Notes: a model not told the origin generated them from the letters alone. 64,000 nucleotides of DNA from Anaerovorax odorimutans (GCA_016841185.1 JAENZQ010000003.1:25501-89500), one strand, 5' to 3'; counted from the first letter of the stretch, positions 9,504-19,341 are shown. Translations and numbers: made by a program.

Positions 9504-10898
9504 TCAACAACTTATTTCCGGTATATATTTCAATATAAGAATTCGCCTTGTTGTATCATCTATTTTAAACCTGTCACTGACCCTGTATCCTATTATCCAA
9601 GCAACATCCGAGCCACAGCATACCAAAGGTATCTTTTCACGTTGTTTTCTGGGAATTTTTTCATCAATATAGAAATCTTTCAATTTCTTTGAACCTGCCA
9701 TTCCCAAAGGAGAAAATCTGTCTCCTGATTTTCTGGTCCTTACCACCAATGGCGCTTTAAATTTATCATAATCAAAAAATTTTATATAATCATTTTTAGA
9801 AATTTCTTGACCGCTGTTTGCAGCAATTTCCCAATACAGAGAAGCACTTAATTCTTTAATTTGTATATTATTACCCCATTCAAGCTTGTAACAAAATCCC
9901 TGAAATGATTTTTCCGCTTTATTCCTCGTGATAACAATGTTTTCATAGCCAACTTCAACACGAATATCATATGGAAGGTCCAAACCGGCCGAAGTTTTAT
10001 TCTCATCAATTATATGCAATACACTCTCAAGATGTATGGTGCCAATATCCTGATGAACCCCTAAATCACCTATCGCTTTCAGTATTACTCGCTTCTTTAC
10101 GGCTGGATGCAGTTTTTCATATTTTTCTTTTTGAATATGAACTTCTTTATCTATTTTTTGTATACAGCATTTTTTGTATGCTTCATTTACAAAAGAATAA
10201 ATGAAATCTTTATCTTCTTTTAGAATTTTTGCCGTTTTCCAAAGGTTGGAAATAATTCTGGAATTAAAATTATCTTCTAAGTAGGGGATTAATTCAAGCC
10301 TTATCTTATTTCTCGTATAGATAGCTTTAAGATTGGTCTTATCTGTACGTGGTTTTAAATTGTTGTCCTTACAATACTGCTCTATTTCTTCTCTGGAAAT
10401 ATCCAGCAAAGGTCTTATAATGATACCGTCTCTTTTATAATCTATGCCTGCCAGCCCATCAAGCCCGCTTCCCCTAACAAGCCGCATCAGCAATGTTTCA
10501 GCTTGATCATTCATATTCTGAGCAATAGCTATTTTATCGGCATTGGTTTTTTTCAAAATTTCTAAAAAAGCATCGTATCTCGCTTTTCTGCCTGCTTCTT
10601 CTTCGCCGGTACTCATTCTTTTGCCCATCTCTCTGACGTTTATTTTGTATGAATAAAAGGGAATACCCTCCTTTGAACACAATTCTTTCACATATGTTTC
10701 GTCTTCATCCGCATCTTTTCCCCTCAGCATGTGATTGATATGGACAACACTTAAATCCAATTGATATTCATCTTTTAAGTCAAAAAGAACATAAAGCAGG
10801 CATATGGAATCAGGTCCTCCTGATACGCCTACAATTACATGGTCTCCTTTTTCTAAAAGGTTATGTTTCTGTATCGTTTCTCTTAGTTTTGTAATCAT
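9504..10898 (-). CDS. tilS: tRNA(Ile)-lysidine synthetase
   Basis: 464 aa with PP-loop VGVSGGPDSICLL and a C-terminal TilS substrate-binding domain. It sits in the conserved position upstream of ftsH. Confidence 0.9.
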   Translation of the reverse strand: MITKLRETIQKHNLLEKGDHVIVGVSGGPDSICLLYVLFDLKDEYQLDLSVVHINHMLRGKDADEDETYVKELCSKEGIPFYSYKINVREMGKRMSTGEEEAGRKARYDAFLEILKKTNADKIAIAQNMNDQAETLLMRLVRGSGLDGLAGIDYKRDGIIIRPLLDISREEIEQYCKDNNLKPRTDKTNLKAIYTRNKIRLELIPYLEDNFNSRIISNLWKTAKILKEDKDFIYSFVNEAYKKCCIQKIDKEVHIQKEKYEKLHPAVKKRVILKAIGDLGVHQDIGTIHLESVLHIIDENKTSAGLDLPYDIRVEVGYENIVITRNKAEKSFQGFCYKLEWGNNIQIKELSASLYWEIAANSGQEISKNDYIKFFDYDKFKAPLVVRTRKSGDRFSPLGMAGSKKLKDFYIDEKIPRKQREKIPLVCCGSDVAWIIGYRVSDRFKIDDTTRRILILKYIPEISC

Positions 10899-11024
10899 TG
10901 TTTCCCTGGGTCTCCATTTAATTTTTTTAAACAGCTCTAAGACTCCCGCTGATAGGACTCAATTTCATTTAACCAAATTTTAGCATCATCCATAAAAAAA
11001 AGATAGCAAAAAAGCAGAATAAAG

Positions 11025-11051
11025 AAAAAATTTGCAAAATGCAAATTTTTT
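11025..11051 (-). terminator. AT-rich hairpin downstream of spoIIE (weak, bidirectional terminator-like)
   Basis: The sequence aaaaaatttgca aaa tgcaaatttttt forms a 12-bp stem flanked by A and T runs, 25 nt after the spoIIE stop. It has the same architecture as the core hairpins of the composite repeats. Confidence 0.45.
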
Positions 11052-11075
11052 AAAGATATTGAAATATAAAAAACA

Positions 11076-13493
11076 TCAATAAAGGAGAGCTGTTATAACC
11101 GTCATGTCATCTTTTTCAGAAGTTTCATATTTATTAAGGGCATTGTTTAAAATAAGGTCCGAAACAGTCTGAGGATCTTTTGATGTCATTTGAGTCAAAA
11201 TACCTTTCATCCATTCTATTTTATCTCCTTCAGTACATGCGTCTAATATACCGTCAGATACCATGATGATCATATCGTCAGCCTCCAAACTTACCTCTAT
11301 TTCTTCAATTTTTATCTGATCCATAATACCTATTGGCAAAGTAGAATACTTGATAACTTCGATTTTTCCGTTTTTTCTCTTAATAAATGCTGCAGCGGCA
11401 CCTATTTTATAAAAACTTGTATCCCCCGTATCCAAATTGATAATTGTAATGTCTACTGTAGAAAATATTTCTTCGGGAGACTTTAAAAGCAGCATCGAAT
11501 TCATCGTCTTCAATGCCAGTTCTTTTTCAAATCCGGCTTCCAGAAGATGTTTTAATGTATTAATGGTAAGAATGCTTTCCCGCGCAGCTTTTTCACCGCT
11601 TCCCATACCATCGCTCAATGCAACCAGATACTCATTTTCCTTAAGATCCATGCAAATATAACTGTCTCCACAGGCATTCTTTTCTTTTGCATATTTAGAA
11701 GAACCTATGGTTATTCTCAGTCTTGGAACCTTTCTTAAAAAAATAGTGTTTTTCCCTTTTATACCTTTAGCTGACCGTTTATAGCTTGTAATATGATAGT
11801 CTTCTCCCAATTCTTCCGAAATAATCGCTTCAATTTTATAATGATAAAACTCAGCATCCATCTCATCCAATTCCAATGTGATATTTTTGCTCTTCTCCCC
11901 TTCAATTACCGTCACATTTCTTATGGGCAAATTTAATCCTTTTAATTTTAAATATAGCTTTTGCTCTAATTCTACGTTAAATAGCTGCGCCTCATTGATT
12001 TCTTCTATGAGATGATTGATAGATTTAGCAATTCCTCTGAATTGAGAAGCCGTGATATCTCTGCTCCCCTGCAGTTTCTTCTGCCATTTGTAACTAATCC
12101 CAAAGACTTGAACAATGCTTTGGGTGAAAAAAATCATTTTTTCAAGATTTGGGCAAACAAATCCAAGCTCTTTCCGAACATAATTATCTTCGATTTTCTG
12201 TCCTTTATATACTCTATATATGATATTTTTCATTGTATGCAATGTTTTATTATTTCCTTTTTTCCAACAAACCTTATTGAAATTACAGGAACTGCATATC
12301 CTGTTTCTAATATTTATTATGATTTCCTGCCTGTCTTCCTCTTCCACCGCCTGTTTTCTCTCATAAGCTTTATTATAGGTTATTGCAAGGTTTTCAAAAG
12401 TATCGGAATAATTCCTGAGATTATTGATGATCAGTTTTCTGATTTTATCTCCATAGAAATAATTGACATGATGATGCTTCAAAGAATTGTCCAGTTTTTC
12501 TCCCAAGATATCCAGCTTTTTTTTTGGCATAAGCAAAAAAAGTACACAGGATACCAATGATTCTGAGGCTAAGATATAAGGATCCGATAAGCCGTCAAAA
12601 TAAAACATAAATACAATGATACAAAGCATCCAGGACATGCAATTTATAAAACGGTTTGATTTTCTGAAGAACCCTGCGGCAATACCGCCAGCTCCAAACA
12701 TCCCAATTATTTCAACTGTTCCAAAAGATGTCATGGTGATAATCATCCCTAATATAACACCGACTGCAGCACCTGAAGTAATACCTCCTTCAGCAGCTGC
12801 AATAAGAATAATTAAAATGGATAAAATATATTTTAAACTCAATCCCATTATTGCAATATCCCCTAAAGAAATAACGGCAATAATCAGGGCAGATGAAGCG
12901 GAAATGATTTCTTCGGCAGATAATTCATGTTCAAAAATATTTTTTTCTATAAGATCGGGTAATTTTGAAAACAAGTATATAAATGAAAACATTGTGGCAC
13001 TTTCGGTTATGATCATAAATATATCATACAAGAGAATAACACTTGAAAAAAGCTGGTATACGGCAATGGTTCCCCCAAAGGTTGCCGTCGCATATGCAGC
13101 AACCCTCAGGGGAACTTTAGTAAGTTTATCGGCAAGAACCAGTGAGAATATTAGTAGAACACTCATGACAATAAGATATTTAACCAAGATATATGGAGGA
13201 ACTTTACAGGATATCATACCTATAAATATAGGCAGGCAAAAAATAAAATTACTTTTTCTTTCCATAATGAGTACAACAAAAAAAGCCATTGCAAAGGGAA
13301 ACATATATCCAAAGAGAGCACCTCTGCCCATAACAAAAGACAGCATTGAATAAATAAGAAATACAATGAGCCTTAATTCTTTTAAACTCGCATATATTCT
13401 TCGAATAAACCCGACAGGTTTCAGCTCTGCAAGAATCATAAAACTTGTCCCCTTTGGCGGATCGTTAATAACTTTTTGCAAAATATCATTCAT
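11076..13493 (-). CDS. spoIIE: Stage II sporulation protein E (membrane PP2C phosphatase)
   Basis: 805 aa with about 10 N-terminal TM helices, a central domain and a C-terminal PP2C domain (ALSDGMGSGEKAARES, MVSDGILD). Confidence 0.9.
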   Translation of the reverse strand: MNDILQKVINDPPKGTSFMILAELKPVGFIRRIYASLKELRLIVFLIYSMLSFVMGRGALFGYMFPFAMAFFVVLIMERKSNFIFCLPIFIGMISCKVPPYILVKYLIVMSVLLIFSLVLADKLTKVPLRVAAYATATFGGTIAVYQLFSSVILLYDIFMIITESATMFSFIYLFSKLPDLIEKNIFEHELSAEEIISASSALIIAVISLGDIAIMGLSLKYILSILIILIAAAEGGITSGAAVGVILGMIITMTSFGTVEIIGMFGAGGIAAGFFRKSNRFINCMSWMLCIIVFMFYFDGLSDPYILASESLVSCVLFLLMPKKKLDILGEKLDNSLKHHHVNYFYGDKIRKLIINNLRNYSDTFENLAITYNKAYERKQAVEEEDRQEIIINIRNRICSSCNFNKVCWKKGNNKTLHTMKNIIYRVYKGQKIEDNYVRKELGFVCPNLEKMIFFTQSIVQVFGISYKWQKKLQGSRDITASQFRGIAKSINHLIEEINEAQLFNVELEQKLYLKLKGLNLPIRNVTVIEGEKSKNITLELDEMDAEFYHYKIEAIISEELGEDYHITSYKRSAKGIKGKNTIFLRKVPRLRITIGSSKYAKEKNACGDSYICMDLKENEYLVALSDGMGSGEKAARESILTINTLKHLLEAGFEKELALKTMNSMLLLKSPEEIFSTVDITIINLDTGDTSFYKIGAAAAFIKRKNGKIEVIKYSTLPIGIMDQIKIEEIEVSLEADDMIIMVSDGILDACTEGDKIEWMKGILTQMTSKDPQTVSDLILNNALNKYETSEKDDMTVITALLY

Positions 13494-13650
13494 TTTTTTA
13501 TGATATCAGTTGTTGAATAAATTATTTGTCGGTATTTAAGATCCTTTTACAAGAGATTTTTGACATTTTCTTTGAATAACATTAAACTTTATCTAATTAA
13601 ACTTATTTTTTTAAAAAATGTTACAGCAAAGAACAAAAGAAGAGTAAACA

Positions 13651-13710
13651 AGGATAGGGGCAAGCTCTGTCCCTACAACTAATTTACTCTATACTCTATA
13701 ACCCATAAAC
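13651..13710. repeat. Composite intergenic element fragment, copy 2 (spoIIE/sfsA divergent region)
   Basis: aggataggggcaagctctgtccctacaac resembles gggtcaagccctgtccctg at 41696-41714. It is followed by ctctatactctataacc, the reverse complement of the gagtatagag word. Confidence 0.55.
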
Positions 13711-13730
13711 TGATTTTATAAGGTGAAAAA

Positions 13731-14417
13731 GTGAAATATGAGAATATTGTAAAAGGAAAATTCATAGAACGGCCTAACCGGTTTGTGGCTTTTGTAGAAA
13801 TCGGAGGCAAAAGAACCATGGTGCATGTGAAAAATACAGGGCGCTGTAAAGAATTACTGGTCCCCGGTGCAGAAGTTTATCTACAGCACGCGCCATCTTC
13901 AAAAAGAAAAACAGACTACTCAATGATATCTGTAAAAAAAGGAGAATTATTTATTAATATAGATTCACAAGCGCCAAACCATGTGGTTTATGAAGCCATC
14001 CTTTCAGAAAAAATCCATATGTTTAAAAAACCTGATCTTCTTAAAAAAGAAGTGGCTTATGGCACTTCAAGGTTTGATTTGTATTTTGAATCATATCCAC
14101 ATAAAGGATTTATAGAAGTAAAGGGTGTAACCCTTGAAGAAAACGGAACAGCTATGTTTCCGGATGCTCCTACAAACAGAGGGACCCGTCATGTGTTGGA
14201 AATAATGGATGCCGTAAAAGCCGGTTATCAGGGCTTCATTATTTTTTTGATTCAGATGAAAGGCGTCCATTCCTTTATCCCTAACAATATAACTGATCCT
14301 GCATTTTCCGAAGCATTGAAACAAGCTTCTGAAAATAATGTCAAAATACTATCCTATGATTGTAATGTTTCTGAAGATTCCATCGAAATATCAGAAAGTG
14401 TAAGTATATCATTCTAA
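13731..14417 (+). CDS. sfsA: Sugar fermentation stimulation protein SfsA (nuclease-fold DNA-binding protein)
   Basis: 228 aa. It matches SfsA along the full length as I remember the family (RPNRF...VHVKNTGR...EVK). Confidence 0.8.
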   Translation: MKYENIVKGKFIERPNRFVAFVEIGGKRTMVHVKNTGRCKELLVPGAEVYLQHAPSSKRKTDYSMISVKKGELFINIDSQAPNHVVYEAILSEKIHMFKKPDLLKKEVAYGTSRFDLYFESYPHKGFIEVKGVTLEENGTAMFPDAPTNRGTRHVLEIMDAVKAGYQGFIIFLIQMKGVHSFIPNNITDPAFSEALKQASENNVKILSYDCNVSEDSIEISESVSISF

Positions 14418-14435
14418 TGTTATAATAATCTATGA

Positions 14436-15425
14436 TTACTCAAATAAAAATAGATTTTTCTGAGGGAACAATCCGAAAATCCCACCGGTATGAATAAATA
14501 GTATATTTTTATGATGATTCAGAGTTCCTTTCCGTATTTCATTCATCATGCCGTAAAAAGCTTTTCCCGTATATACCGGATCCAGAATCATCCCTTCACA
14601 CTGTGCAATTTCCCGGATAAATTCAAGCTCACAGGGCTGGCTTATGGCATACCCTTTGCCCACATAACCATCCAGTATATTTATCTCTTCTTTATCAAAG
14701 GCCAGATCATAACCTATATAATCACAAGCTTCATATAGAATAGATCCTATTTGGCTTTTAAAATATGCTGCATCATCACATACGTTAATGCCGTAAATGC
14801 TGACAGGATGGTTCAAAATTTTGGAAGCGAGAAAAAGGCCCGCATATGTCCCCCCGGAGCCTACTGCAATACAGATTGCATCAAACTTCACTTTTATTTC
14901 TTCTTCCTGAGATAAGATTTCTTTCATGGCTTTGAAATATCCAAAAGCACCTATCCCATTGGACGCACCCTCCGGAATGATATATGCTTTCCTGTTTTCT
15001 TTTGAAAGCTGTTCTTTGAGGTTTTCCATGATTTCCATTCTATTATCTTTATATTGTTCAGGTGTGATCAATTGTATCTTTGCACCTAAAAGACGATCGA
15101 TAAAGTAGTTGCCGTCTAAAACTTCCTCGCCCTGGTTTCTTAATACCAACCAGGAAGACATCCCCAGTTTTGCAGCAACTGCAGCAGTAGCTCTTGCATG
15201 ATTGGATTGCAGACCACCGCAGGTAATCAAGGTATCGCAATTCTGATCCAATGCTTCTTTAACCGAAAATTCAAGTTTTCTGACTTTGTTTCCCGATACT
15301 TCACTGCCTGTCTGATCGTCCCTTTTGATGTAGATTGTCGGACCGTTCAGTTGAGCGGAAACTTTATCCAAACGTTCAATAGAAGTAGGTGTATTGGCAA
15401 GACAAATATGCTCCGGTAAAATCAT
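14436..15425 (-). CDS. PLP-dependent D-cysteine desulfhydrase / ACC-deaminase family enzyme
   Basis: 329 aa. IKRDDQTGSEVSGNKVRKLEF carries the PLP lysine motif, and GGLQSNHARATA and GGTYAGL are also present. Confidence 0.8.
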   Translation of the reverse strand: MILPEHICLANTPTSIERLDKVSAQLNGPTIYIKRDDQTGSEVSGNKVRKLEFSVKEALDQNCDTLITCGGLQSNHARATAAVAAKLGMSSWLVLRNQGEEVLDGNYFIDRLLGAKIQLITPEQYKDNRMEIMENLKEQLSKENRKAYIIPEGASNGIGAFGYFKAMKEILSQEEEIKVKFDAICIAVGSGGTYAGLFLASKILNHPVSIYGINVCDDAAYFKSQIGSILYEACDYIGYDLAFDKEEINILDGYVGKGYAISQPCELEFIREIAQCEGMILDPVYTGKAFYGMMNEIRKGTLNHHKNILFIHTGGIFGLFPQKNLFLFE

Positions 15426-15454
15426 AAAAGCCCTTCTTTCTTAATAATATATTC

Positions 15455-15682
15455 AGAGTATGGAGTATAGAGTATTGTGCATGGAGTATAAAGTATTGAG
15501 TATAGATTTAATTAGGGGTTAGAGGTGGACAGAAATTTTTGCTTAAGCAAAAATTCTTCCTTTTATACTTACACTTATACCTCCAGCTTTCCTTAATTGT
15601 TAATTCTCAACTCTCCATTATCAATTTCCCTAACCCTCTGACCTTCTATCGCTGCTCACGATGACAGGATCTGAGTATGAAG
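15455..15682. repeat. Composite intergenic element, copy 3 (most complete), between dapF and the dcyD-like gene
   Basis: Module order:
- gagtatggagtatagagtat words (15455-15508)
- ttaggggttagaggt (15512-15526)
- hairpin at 15531-15558
- acttacacttata (15567-15579)
- C/T-rich module ending ctgaccttctatc (15638-15650)
- gctgctcacgatgaca

Each module recurs elsewhere in the window. Confidence 0.85.
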
Positions 15683-15686
15683 TTTT

Positions 15687-16508
15687 TTAATACAGTGTTC
15701 CTGTGCAAATCCTGACGGCTTTGCCCTCCATCGTGACATAATCTTCATAAAGTTTTATTTTAAGCTGCCCTCCGGCTACATCCACCACAGCTTCATCACT
15801 TACTTTTTCCAATCGATGCCCTATGATAACCGATGCACATGAGCCTGTGCCGCAAGCCAAAGTCTTGCCTGCACCTCTTTCCCACGTATCGACAACAATA
15901 TGCTCTTTATTGATTATTTTAACAAAATTAACATTGATCCCTTGTGGAAAAAACGGATCTTTTTCAATTTTTCTCCCATATCGGCATGTAAAATCTTCAT
16001 TAATTTCATCTACAAATACGATACCATGAGGAACACCCATATGAACACAGGATATTTCCAATTTCTCCTGATCCACCATGATTTTTTTATTCATGACTTC
16101 TTCGGATAAATGATTAACCGTGGGGGATCTGAATAGCCATTTTCCCATATCTACCCTTATAACAGACTCGTTTTTATCACTTTCTATTATCGAAACGGAT
16201 TTAATGCCATCTCCGGTTTCTACATCAAATACATCTTTCCTGACGATACCTTCATCATAAACAAATTTCGAGAAGCATCTTAACCCATTCCCGCACATGG
16301 TGGAATGGCTGCCGTCTGCATTATAAAAATCCATTTTTATATTGCTGTTTTCAGAATGCTCCACAAGCATAAAACCGTCTGCGCCCACCCCAAAATGCCT
16401 GTCACAGGCTTTTACAACCCACTGATGCTTATTGTCAATTTTATTGCTCCTATTATCCACAACAATAAAATCATTTCCCGCACCATGTAATTTAGTAAAC
16501 TCTATCAA
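15687..16508 (-). CDS. dapF: Diaminopimelate epimerase
   Basis: 273 aa. It has HGAGNDF and the two catalytic Cys motifs MCGNGLRC and ACGTGSCA. Confidence 0.9.
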   Translation of the reverse strand: MIEFTKLHGAGNDFIVVDNRSNKIDNKHQWVVKACDRHFGVGADGFMLVEHSENSNIKMDFYNADGSHSTMCGNGLRCFSKFVYDEGIVRKDVFDVETGDGIKSVSIIESDKNESVIRVDMGKWLFRSPTVNHLSEEVMNKKIMVDQEKLEISCVHMGVPHGIVFVDEINEDFTCRYGRKIEKDPFFPQGINVNFVKIINKEHIVVDTWERGAGKTLACGTGSCASVIIGHRLEKVSDEAVVDVAGGQLKIKLYEDYVTMEGKAVRICTGTLY

Positions 16509-16595
16509 TCTATCAGCTCCTTAAAAGATAATCTCCTCCTGTTATCTCATTATATTCTATTACAAAACTATTGATATATAAATAATTTTTACAGT

Positions 16596-16627
16596 TTCAC
16601 CGCTGCCTTTTTAAGAACAGCGGTGAA
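16596..16627. other. GC-containing hairpin between the transporter gene and dapF
   Basis: ttcaccgctg (16596-16605) pairs with cagcggtgaa (16618-16627) around a 12-nt loop. The T-run (tttt) follows on the plus strand, although both flanking genes are on the minus strand, so its role as a terminator is doubtful. Confidence 0.3.
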
Positions 16628-16679
16628 TTTTATAATGATATTTATCCTTATCCATATATCCCTGATTAAAATGGCCTTA

Positions 16680-17918
16680 TTATACCGTCACTTTATTTTT
16701 AAGCCACTCTTTGCCTTCTACAAGTCTTGAAACCATCATGGCAGCAACCGTATCTCCGGTAGCATTTACCATGGTGGCAGGCGGGTCTACTAAAAATCCG
16801 ATGGTAGCGATAATCGGAAAAGCTTCAAGCGGGAATCCGTATAAGTTTACAATAAGCATTTCACCAATCAGTCCGCCTCCGGGAACTCCTGACATAACAA
16901 CACCGCTCATAATCGATATTAAAATAGCAATGGCAAAAGTATCGATTCCGGCAAATTCTTTTCCGTAAATTCCAAAGAGAAAAGATATTTTCAGTATCGC
17001 CGACAAACATGAACCATCCATATGCATGGTAGCACCAATAGGTAAAACAATTTCACGAATATCTTTGGAAACACCTATACGCCTTGCTGCTTCCAGATTA
17101 ACCGGGAGCGTTGCAATACTGCTTTGTGTCGCTATTGAAGTAACAGCAGGTGAAATAATGTTTTTAAAATAAGTCCGTACGCCTGTGCCGCCGCCTGCAA
17201 AATAGGAATAAACCGCAAAAGCAATGAAAAAATACAAAATGGTAATAGGATAATAGACTGCCATGGCCTTTGCATAGGACCCAAGAAGTTTAGGCCCGAA
17301 TTCACCGATAAGTGCCGCAAAATATGCCGCAAGCCCTATTGGAGCATAGTACATGATCAGTTGTATCATTTTCATGAAGACCTGTGATAATGCATCCAGC
17401 CCCTCGGCTATTTTTTTTCCTTTTTCGCCCAGCAAGGTAACACATAATCCAAAGAAAATCGAAAAAAGAATAAGGGGAAGCATATTCCTTCTTGAAATAA
17501 GCTCTGTAAAATCCGTTACTGTAAGTGCTTTTACGATCTGTTCTCCTGCATTCAATTTTTCAATTTCATTTACAGCTTCTACCTGAATATTGACGCCTAC
17601 TCCCGGCTGAGTGATGGTGACAGTAGTAATCATAATAACTGCTGCAATCAGGCCTGTAATGATAAAAACAAGCAAGAGATATCCCAGTATACTTCCCAGC
17701 CGCTTCATATTTGCCATGTTGGATACGGCACTGCTGATGGTTATGAATACCAGCGGAACAACAACTGTAAACATCAAGTTAAGAAAAATATCCCCAAAAG
17801 GTTTAAATATCAATGCTTGTTCTCCTAATGCCATTCCAACCAAGCTTCCGATAATAATGGATACGATCAGGATAATAGGAAATTTATAAGCTTCCCATAT
17901 TTTGTTTGTCGTTGTCAT
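16680..17918 (-). CDS. Dicarboxylate/amino acid:cation (Na+/H+) symporter, DAACS family
   Basis: Polytopic protein with gltP/sstT-like sequence (ATMHMDGS, VNATGD). I prefer the start at M6 (ATG 17916-17918), because the upstream in-frame codons ATGAGGAGG supply the RBS. Confidence 0.8.
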   Translation of the reverse strand: MTTTNKIWEAYKFPIILIVSIIIGSLVGMALGEQALIFKPFGDIFLNLMFTVVVPLVFITISSAVSNMANMKRLGSILGYLLLVFIITGLIAAVIMITTVTITQPGVGVNIQVEAVNEIEKLNAGEQIVKALTVTDFTELISRRNMLPLILFSIFFGLCVTLLGEKGKKIAEGLDALSQVFMKMIQLIMYYAPIGLAAYFAALIGEFGPKLLGSYAKAMAVYYPITILYFFIAFAVYSYFAGGGTGVRTYFKNIISPAVTSIATQSSIATLPVNLEAARRIGVSKDIREIVLPIGATMHMDGSCLSAILKISFLFGIYGKEFAGIDTFAIAILISIMSGVVMSGVPGGGLIGEMLIVNLYGFPLEAFPIIATIGFLVDPPATMVNATGDTVAAMMVSRLVEGKEWLKNKVTV

Positions 17919-17972
17919 ATTCAACCTCCTCATATTATAGGATAGGATAAGGATAAAAATTTAAATACTATT

Positions 17973-19232
17973 TTATAGTTCTCTTGAAACCAATTGTTCA
18001 TATGTCTGCCTTTCTACAATCAACCGGTCTTTCCCTTTCTTGAGCATAACAATAGGGGGAAACGGAAGTTTATTATAATTATTGGCCATTGAATAGTTGT
18101 ATGCACCTGTCGCTTTTACCGCCAATATATCTCCCGGCTCCGGTTCAGGAATTTCGATATCCCATATCAGCACATCTCCGCTTTCACAACACCTACCGGC
18201 AATGGTGACCTTTTCTGTTAACGGATCACCATATTTATTGGCGATTACTGCCTCATACCGAGCTTGATAAAGTGATGGCCGGGGATTATCCGGCATTCCG
18301 CCGTCAACAGAAACATAGGTCCGGATATCCGGAATTCTTTTAATATACCCTATGGTGTACAAGGTTATACCGGCTTCTCCCACGATCCACCTTCCCGGTT
18401 CAATTATTACGGCAGGCCTCTTTTTACCGCTTTTTTCTGAGAATTCAGTTATCTTATGCATAATGGGAGATATAAAAGCATTTAGCTGTTCAGGCTGATC
18501 TTCGTGGGTATATTTGATGCCATACCCTCCTCCTATATTTATTTCGTGCGGCCAATAATCAAACCATTGATTCAATTTGTCAAATAGGGTACATAACACA
18601 TCCACCGACTTTAAATGAGATGCATTATCCAAAAGCTGAGAACCAACATGAAAATGGAACCCTTTTAATTCAATGTTATTAAAAGATAATGCTTTCTGCA
18701 CAGTATGTCTGAGAACAGCATCTTTATTGGGAATTCCAAATTTTGAATCTGCCTGCCCTGTTACCATGTATCGATGGGTATGGGGATCTACTCCCGGAGC
18801 GATCCTTAAAAGAACAGACGCGTCAATCTTTGCTTCTTCAGCTATTTTCTGAATTATGTCAAGTTCCATATCATGATCCACAACAATTCTTCCCACACCA
18901 CTTTCTACAGCCATATTCAACTCGCTTAAAGTTTTATTGTTTCCGTGAAAAATAATTTTATCTGCCGGAAACCCCACAGAAAGTGCTGTATACAGCTCTC
19001 CGCCGGATACAACATCCAAACCTAACCCTTCTCTTTTAAGTATTCGGCACATCTCTTTGGTGCAAAAGGCTTTTCCTGCAAACACTGCATAAGTATTTTC
19101 ATACTTTTTCAGAAAACTCTCATGGATTTCCCGACATCTTTCAACAATGAAATCCTCAGACATGACATATAAAGGTGTTCCATATTTTTTTGCTAATTCT
19201 ACAGTATCTGCACCATAAAAACGATAATTCAT
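17973..19232 (-). CDS. lysA: Diaminopimelate decarboxylase (group IV PLP decarboxylase)
   Basis: 419 aa with a TIM-barrel plus beta-sandwich layout. FAGKAF carries the PLP Lys region, and HFHVGSQ, GGGYG and CESGD are present. Substrate is inferred from family and the adjacent dapF. Confidence 0.8.
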   Translation of the reverse strand: MNYRFYGADTVELAKKYGTPLYVMSEDFIVERCREIHESFLKKYENTYAVFAGKAFCTKEMCRILKREGLGLDVVSGGELYTALSVGFPADKIIFHGNNKTLSELNMAVESGVGRIVVDHDMELDIIQKIAEEAKIDASVLLRIAPGVDPHTHRYMVTGQADSKFGIPNKDAVLRHTVQKALSFNNIELKGFHFHVGSQLLDNASHLKSVDVLCTLFDKLNQWFDYWPHEINIGGGYGIKYTHEDQPEQLNAFISPIMHKITEFSEKSGKKRPAVIIEPGRWIVGEAGITLYTIGYIKRIPDIRTYVSVDGGMPDNPRPSLYQARYEAVIANKYGDPLTEKVTIAGRCCESGDVLIWDIEIPEPEPGDILAVKATGAYNYSMANNYNKLPFPPIVMLKKGKDRLIVERQTYEQLVSREL

Positions 19233-19278
19233 ATATCCATTTTTCCTCCTTCAAAATGATCCGTATAGTGATAAATAG

Positions 19279-19294
19279 AGCAAGAATAATGCCA
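19279..19294 (-). promoter_or_regulatory. Sigma-54 (-24/-12) promoter upstream of lysA
   Basis: The minus strand reads TTGGCATtattcTTGCT, i.e. TGGCAT-N5-TTGCT against the consensus TGGCAC-N5-TTGCW. It lies about 45 nt upstream of the lysA ATG and immediately downstream of a sigma-54 activator gene. Confidence 0.7.
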
Positions 19295-19331
19295 AGTCAA
19301 AAGAAAGGAAATCTCTCAATGAAATTCCGTA

Positions 19332-19341
19332 ATTCCGGAAT
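19332..19341. promoter_or_regulatory. Perfect 10-bp palindrome ATTCCGGAAT, candidate activator (UAS) half-site region
   Basis: It lies about 40 nt upstream of the -24 element. The adjacent direct repeat aattccg occurs twice (19323-19337). A related tccggaat occurs at 21368-21375, upstream of the activator gene. Confidence 0.3.

Noticed and set aside
12616-13353. 245-aa plus-strand ORF antisense to spoIIE. Similar long antisense ORFs occur at 1811-2323, 12012-12560, 31660-32097, 37610-37996, 43433-43882, 45321-45671 and 45696-46109.
   Set aside because: All lie entirely inside well-supported minus-strand genes and have no RBS or recognisable motifs. They mirror the hydrophobic or low-complexity composition of the sense frame. 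These are typical shadow ORFs in AT-rich DNA.
15455-15682. Possibility that the short repeated intergenic words are a degenerate CRISPR array or CRISPR remnants.
   Set aside because: There is no constant repeat of 24-48 nt alternating with unique spacers of regular length, and no cas genes in the window. The modules are scattered singly between housekeeping genes.
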